Virus record (IMG/VR): IMGVR_UViG_3300037400_002380
DNA length: 20,000 bases
Strand: one strand, 5' to 3'
DNA from: an uncultured virus (IMG/VR IMGVR_UViG_3300037400_002380)
Lineage: Duplodnaviria; Heunggongvirae; Uroviricota; Caudoviricetes
In this document: positions 15,624 to 20,000 of the stretch, in pieces
Numbering within the stretch: position 1 is the first letter of the stretch
Layout: each line of letters starts with the position of its first letter
Translations under genes and position numbers: made by a program
The notes under the pieces: model-generated
What the model was told of the DNA's origin: nothing
What the model saw: the letters and a program-made list of their open reading frames with translations, nothing else
The model's database searches: none

Positions 15624-15833
15624 ATGAACTTTTTCAACCCACAGAGAATCACAGCCATGCTTACAGGAGAATACATCTGCCCAGAATGTGGAAGCCGATT
15701 GATATTTGAAGACGAGTGGGAAACCGTTTTGGTATGCCCATGTTGTGGTAACAGTATTGAACTGGATAGATACGGTTTTACAGATGATGAATATGAATCG
15801 CTCTATCCGACAGAAGATGAACTTGACAATTGA
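15624..15833 (+). CDS. Small zinc-ribbon protein with acidic tail
   Basis: CPECG...CPCCG; GAAAGGAGGT RBS; possible extended -10 TGgTACAAT at 15591-15599. Confidence 0.8.
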   Translation: MNFFNPQRITAMLTGEYICPECGSRLIFEDEWETVLVCPCCGNSIELDRYGFTDDEYESLYPTEDELDN

Positions 15834-15855
15834 TATTTTGGTTTTGTGCTTGAAT

Positions 15856-15888
15856 GGGCCTCGCAGCTTTGCGGGGCTCTTTTCTTTT
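15856..15888 (+). terminator. Intrinsic terminator
   Basis: gggcctcgca-gctt-tgcggggctc plus ttttctttt. Confidence 0.8.
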
Positions 15889-15902
15889 GCTATTTTTCTC
15901 TT

Positions 15903-15927
15903 CGCAATAATTACAGTTCCTTTTATG
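15903..15927 (+). promoter_or_regulatory. Putative phage promoter motif copy 8
   Basis: cgca-ataatt-ac-agttcctt-ttatg, upstream of the nuclease-nuclease-RNAP operon. Confidence 0.7.
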
Positions 15928-16005
15928 AAAGGAAGAGAGTATAAAGTGCCAAATTTGACACTTCTCTTCCTTTTCGTTTTTCTGGATATTTGAAAGGAGT
16001 ATTAA

Positions 16006-16302
16006 TTGGGACGAAGAGAAAACGATTTTCAAGCAAAACTCATTAAGGATTTGGAAACGCGATTTCCTGGATCCATAGTGACTAAGCTTGATTCATCGCA
16101 CATTCAGGGTATTCCAGATCTATTGATATTATACAAAGATCGATGGGCAACTCTTGAATGCAAAAGAGACAAAAAAGCAGCAAGACAACCTAATCAAGAA
16201 ATTTATGTTGATCGAATGAACAGCATGTCATTTTCTAGGTTTATCTATCCAGAAAACAGAGAGGAGGTTTTGAGTGAACTTCAACACGCATTCGAATCTT
16301 GA
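16006..16302 (+). CDS. VRR-NUC domain nuclease
   Basis: RENDFQ..., GIPDLLIL, LECKR, PNQ motifs; GAAAGGAG RBS, TTG start. Confidence 0.85.
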   Translation: MGRRENDFQAKLIKDLETRFPGSIVTKLDSSHIQGIPDLLILYKDRWATLECKRDKKAARQPNQEIYVDRMNSMSFSRFIYPENREEVLSELQHAFES

Positions 16303-16831
16303 GGGCAAACATGCCTTTCTTGGTGCGAGTAAGTATCACTGGATATTTTACGACGATGCAAAAGTCGCAGAAGTATACAAGAGAATGCTTGCCACTCAGA
16401 AAGGAATAGAACTTCATGCGTTTGCTGCCCAGTGCATCAAGCTTAGACAAAAGTTGCCTCCGTCTAAGAAGACCTTGAACAAGTATGTAAATGATGCTAT
16501 TGGGTATCGCATGAAGCCGGAACAAATTTTGTATTATTCTCCAAACTGCTTTGGCACAGCGGATGCTATTTCATTCAATAACAATTTACTTAGGATCCAC
16601 GATCTTAAGACAGGTGTTATACCGGCACACATGGAACAGCTTGTAGTGTATGCTTCATTGTTCTGTCTTGAGTACGGTGTTAAACCAGGGTCTATTGATT
16701 TTGAACTTAGAATCTATCAATCAGATGACATTTTAATTTCCAATCCAACTGTTGAGGACATTGCTCCGGTTATGGACAAAATCATAACATTTGACAGAAT
16801 CATTAATGATATTTCCAAGGAGGAAGAATGA
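16274..16831 (+). CDS. PD-(D/E)XK nuclease (Cas4/RecB-like)
   Basis: G..LH, EQ.L, FGTADAI, IHDLKTG, QL..YA motifs. Confidence 0.8.
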   Translation: MNFNTHSNLEGKHAFLGASKYHWIFYDDAKVAEVYKRMLATQKGIELHAFAAQCIKLRQKLPPSKKTLNKYVNDAIGYRMKPEQILYYSPNCFGTADAISFNNNLLRIHDLKTGVIPAHMEQLVVYASLFCLEYGVKPGSIDFELRIYQSDDILISNPTVEDIAPVMDKIITFDRIINDISKEEE

Positions 16832-19554
16832 TGGCCTTTGAAGAAGATTTTTTGATGCACTATGGAGTTGGCAAACTTGATGGATCTCCTGGAAGAGGTT
16901 CTGGAAGATATCCTCTTGGTAGTGGAAAAAACCCTCATCAGCATAGCGGCGATCTTATAAGCAGAGTTGAGGCGTTAAGAAAGAGTGGGATGAGCGATAC
17001 AGAAATCGCAAAGTCTCTTAAGCTTTCTACGACACAGTTTCGAGTTCAGATAGCAATTGCTAATGAAGAAAGGAGATCAGCCAACGTTGCGACCGCAAGA
17101 CGTCTTCGTGAAGAGGGCAATTCTCTTAATGAGATAGCAAAGAAGATGGGGTTCAAGAACGACTCATCTGTAAGAAATCTTCTTAATGAAGACTCTGAAC
17201 AGAGAATGAACCAATCCAAAGTCACTGCAGAGTTTCTTAAGCAGATTGTTGATGAGAAAGGCATGCTTGATATTGGTGCTGGTCAGGAACGATTTGCCGG
17301 TGTATCCAGGGTTAAATTCGATGAGGCCATTTACAGACTGCAGCTTGAAGGCTATCCGGTTTATGGCGGATCTGTAGAGCAGGTTACCAACCCAGGTAAG
17401 AGAACTGTCCTTAAAGTCCTTTGTCCTCCAGGCACAGAACATAAAGACATTTATTCTCTTGATATTCATTCGATTGAAGAATCAGATAAAATCCTTACCA
17501 ATAATGGAACTAAGATAGAACCCGCTTTTCGTTATCCAGAGAGTTTGGATTCTTCACGTCTTATGGTAAGGTATAGCGACGATCCTAATGGCGGTGTTCA
17601 AAAAGATGGTGTCATCGAGCTTCGACGTGGAGTTAAAGACCTTGATCTTGGCGAGGCTAACTATGCTCAGGTTAGGATCATGGTTGACGGAACTCACTAT
17701 CTTAAAGGCATGGCTGTTTATGGCGATGATATGCCAGACGGTGTAGATGTTATATTTAACTCTAATAAGAAAGAAGGAACTCCTCTTGGAAAGGTTTTGA
17801 AACCGATTAAAGAAGATAGAGAGAATCCTTTTGGATCGTTAATAAAAGAGCATGGTGGACAATACACTTATGAAGATGAGAACGGTAATGTAAAACTCGG
17901 ACTAATCAATAAGCGTGCTGAAGAAGGAGATTGGGCTGAATATAGTGATCATTTGCCTTCTCAGTTTCTTTCTAAGCAGCCCATGAAACTTATCAACCAG
18001 CAGTTAAATCTGACAATGGCAGATCGCAAAGCTGAGTTTGATGATATCATGTCTCTTACTAATAAAACTATAAAAAGAGAGTTGCTTAGATCTTTTGCTG
18101 AAGACTGTGATTCTGCGGCTGTGCATTTGCAGGCAGCGGCCTTGCCTAGGCAGAAATATCAGGTTATTCTTCCGTTGATGTCGTCAAAGGATAACGAAGT
18201 TTATGCCCCTAACTATAGGAACGGCGAAAAAGTTGCTCTTATACGTTATCCTCATGGCGGCACATTTGAAATTCCTATTTGCACTGTAAATAATAAGAAT
18301 GAAGAAGGCGCCAGAGTAATTGGTAAGAATGCAAGGGATGCTATTGGCATTAATGCTAAAGTTGCAGCACGTTTGTCTGGAGCAGACTTCGACGGCGACA
18401 CTGTCATGGTGATACCTATTGGACCAAGATCGCAGATCAAATCGACTAGACCTTTGCGAGGTCTTGAAGGATTCGATATTGATGGTGAGTATGGTCCTGA
18501 TAGTCCTGGTAGTGCAGGAAGAAATTACAAGCGTATGACAGAAGGTTATAAGCAGCAGCAAATGGGTGTTGTTTCTAATCTTATTACTGACATGACTTTG
18601 AGGGGTGCCAATGAGGCTGAATTAGCAAGAGCTGTTAGACACAGCATGGTTGTAATAGATGCTGTGAAACACGAGCTTGATTACAAGCGATCAGAAAAAG
18701 AGAATGGCATTGCTGAATTAAAGCGCTCTTACCAGAGGCGGGTTGATGAAGAGGGGAACCCAGTTGGCGGTGCATCCACTCTTATCTCTAGGGCCAAAAG
18801 CCCCGTGTATGTTAAAAAGAGAAGGGGTAACCCTATCATTAACGAAGATGGTTCTCTTTCATATAAGATCGCTCCTCCTCAAGCTTTCAAAAACAAAGAC
18901 GGTTCTGTTGTAATGAAATACCGTCAGGAAAAGAGCACCCAGATGGCAGAGACCAAGGATGCTAGAACTCTTTCATCAGGAACTGAGCAGGAAGAGGCTT
19001 ATGCTAATTATGCCAACTATATGAAAGGGCTTGCTAATGAAGCTCGAAAAGCAATGCTTGCTACAGGAAGAGCTAAATTCTCGGCTTCTGCAAAAGAAGC
19101 TTATAGGAATGAAGTCAATGATCTTATGGCTCAATATAATGAGGCACAGAAGAATCGTCCTAGAGAAAGGCAGGCTCAGTTAATAGCTAGCAACAAAGTA
19201 AAGGCCATACAGCAAAGTAATCCCGACCTTGGAAAAGACGAACTTAAAAAGGTAAAAAATACAGCCTTAAAAGAAGCTCGTGTACAGGTTGGAGCAAAAA
19301 GGACTCCTATAAAAGTTAATGATAGATCTTGGGAAGCCATACAGAATGGAGCCGTTTCTGACAGCACCCTTTCTGGCATGCTTAAATATATGGATTCAGA
19401 TGATCTTAGAAAGCGTGCTACACCAAGAGCTACAAAAGAACTTAGCCCTTCTAAGCAGAATCTTATTAGGACTATGAAAGCTAGTGGTCATACTAATGAC
19501 GAAATAGCACAACGTCTTGGTGTATCTACATCTACTATTAATAAGTACAAATAA
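16828..19554 (+). CDS. Putative single-chain two-barrel (DPBB) RNA polymerase with terminal HTH domains
   Basis: ALIRYPH (~18235-18255) and LSGADFDGDTV (DFDGD at 18385-18399); YLKG motif; HTH-like segments GMSDTEIAKSL, GNSLNEIAKKMG and C-terminal GHTNDEIAQRLGVSTSTINKY. Confidence 0.75.
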   Translation: MMAFEEDFLMHYGVGKLDGSPGRGSGRYPLGSGKNPHQHSGDLISRVEALRKSGMSDTEIAKSLKLSTTQFRVQIAIANEERRSANVATARRLREEGNSLNEIAKKMGFKNDSSVRNLLNEDSEQRMNQSKVTAEFLKQIVDEKGMLDIGAGQERFAGVSRVKFDEAIYRLQLEGYPVYGGSVEQVTNPGKRTVLKVLCPPGTEHKDIYSLDIHSIEESDKILTNNGTKIEPAFRYPESLDSSRLMVRYSDDPNGGVQKDGVIELRRGVKDLDLGEANYAQVRIMVDGTHYLKGMAVYGDDMPDGVDVIFNSNKKEGTPLGKVLKPIKEDRENPFGSLIKEHGGQYTYEDENGNVKLGLINKRAEEGDWAEYSDHLPSQFLSKQPMKLINQQLNLTMADRKAEFDDIMSLTNKTIKRELLRSFAEDCDSAAVHLQAAALPRQKYQVILPLMSSKDNEVYAPNYRNGEKVALIRYPHGGTFEIPICTVNNKNEEGARVIGKNARDAIGINAKVAARLSGADFDGDTVMVIPIGPRSQIKSTRPLRGLEGFDIDGEYGPDSPGSAGRNYKRMTEGYKQQQMGVVSNLITDMTLRGANEAELARAVRHSMVVIDAVKHELDYKRSEKENGIAELKRSYQRRVDEEGNPVGGASTLISRAKSPVYVKKRRGNPIINEDGSLSYKIAPPQAFKNKDGSVVMKYRQEKSTQMAETKDARTLSSGTEQEEAYANYANYMKGLANEARKAMLATGRAKFSASAKEAYRNEVNDLMAQYNEAQKNRPRERQAQLIASNKVKAIQQSNPDLGKDELKKVKNTALKEARVQVGAKRTPIKVNDRSWEAIQNGAVSDSTLSGMLKYMDSDDLRKRATPRATKELSPSKQNLIRTMKASGHTNDEIAQRLGVSTSTINKYK

Positions 19555-19630
19555 GTACCTATATGTACTATAGCTACGTAATTGTTAGCGTACTTATTGT
19601 GTGCTGTACAATAAGAAAGGAAATAGATTA

Positions 19631-19864
19631 ATGGTCACAGCATTAACTACTTTCGACAATCCTTTCGATCCATTAAAAGAGTTTGAGAAATGGTTTAACT
19701 TTGATACTGTTGTTAAGGGGTACAATTCTTGTGGTTACTTAGCACGTATTGCTAGAACTAGTGATCAATTATCTGACGCTGAAAATGAAGATGAGATCGA
19801 AAGAGCGATCGATGAGATAGTAGCACTTAATCCAACTTTGTATAAAAAGGTTGTTGGTAAATAA
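19631..19864 (+). CDS. Conserved phage hypothetical protein (77 aa)
   Basis: LTTFDNPFDP...W..FD...KGY.SC.YLARIA; ATG 19631 behind GAAAGGA. Confidence 0.75.
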   Translation: MVTALTTFDNPFDPLKEFEKWFNFDTVVKGYNSCGYLARIARTSDQLSDAENEDEIERAIDEIVALNPTLYKKVVGK

Positions 19865-19965
19865 TTTAGCATTAACTGCTAAAGCGCGAAAATAAAAAAT
19901 ATATAAATAAAATATAAGAATATAAGAATATCCATACCAGGGATCATATTATATTTATAGGGGGG

Positions 19966-19994
19966 GGGAGGGGTCTAAAAAATATACCCCTCCC
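19966..19994. other. GC-rich inverted repeat after an AT-rich tract; possible genome-end/packaging signal
   Basis: gggaggggt-ctaaaaaatat-acccctccc preceded by a G run and ~90 bp of very AT-rich DNA. Confidence 0.45.
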
Positions 19995-20000
19995 TTGCAT

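Noticed and set aside
16274..16831. Cas4-like nuclease as an acquisition module for the array
   Set aside because: It is 10 kb away in the VRR-NUC/RNAP operon, lacks the Cas4 four-Cys cluster pattern, and such nucleases are common in phages.

Overview
A 20 kb piece of a tailed dsDNA phage genome, probably from a Bacillota (Clostridia-like) host, with all credible genes on the + strand. It carries a DUF3310 protein, an SF2 helicase, a GH114-like glycoside hydrolase, MazG-like and ThyX-like genes, many small accessory ORFs, two HTH-like proteins, two multi-domain cell-wall hydrolases, a repeat-rich origin-like region, VRR-NUC and PD-(D/E)XK nucleases, and a 908-aa protein with the RNA polymerase DFDGD motif. 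The most striking element is a stand-alone RAMP/Cas7-like gene (5438-6040) followed immediately by a ~530-bp non-coding array. The array is built from 5-nt NGY-NN steps, punctuated into 15 units by GC-NNN-GGY junctions, and closed by a terminator. It is a candidate non-CRISPR RNA-guided system. Eight copies of a CGCA-N6-RC-N8-TTATR motif at cassette starts are candidate promoters for the phage RNA polymerase. All family calls come from reading motifs by eye; no searches were run.
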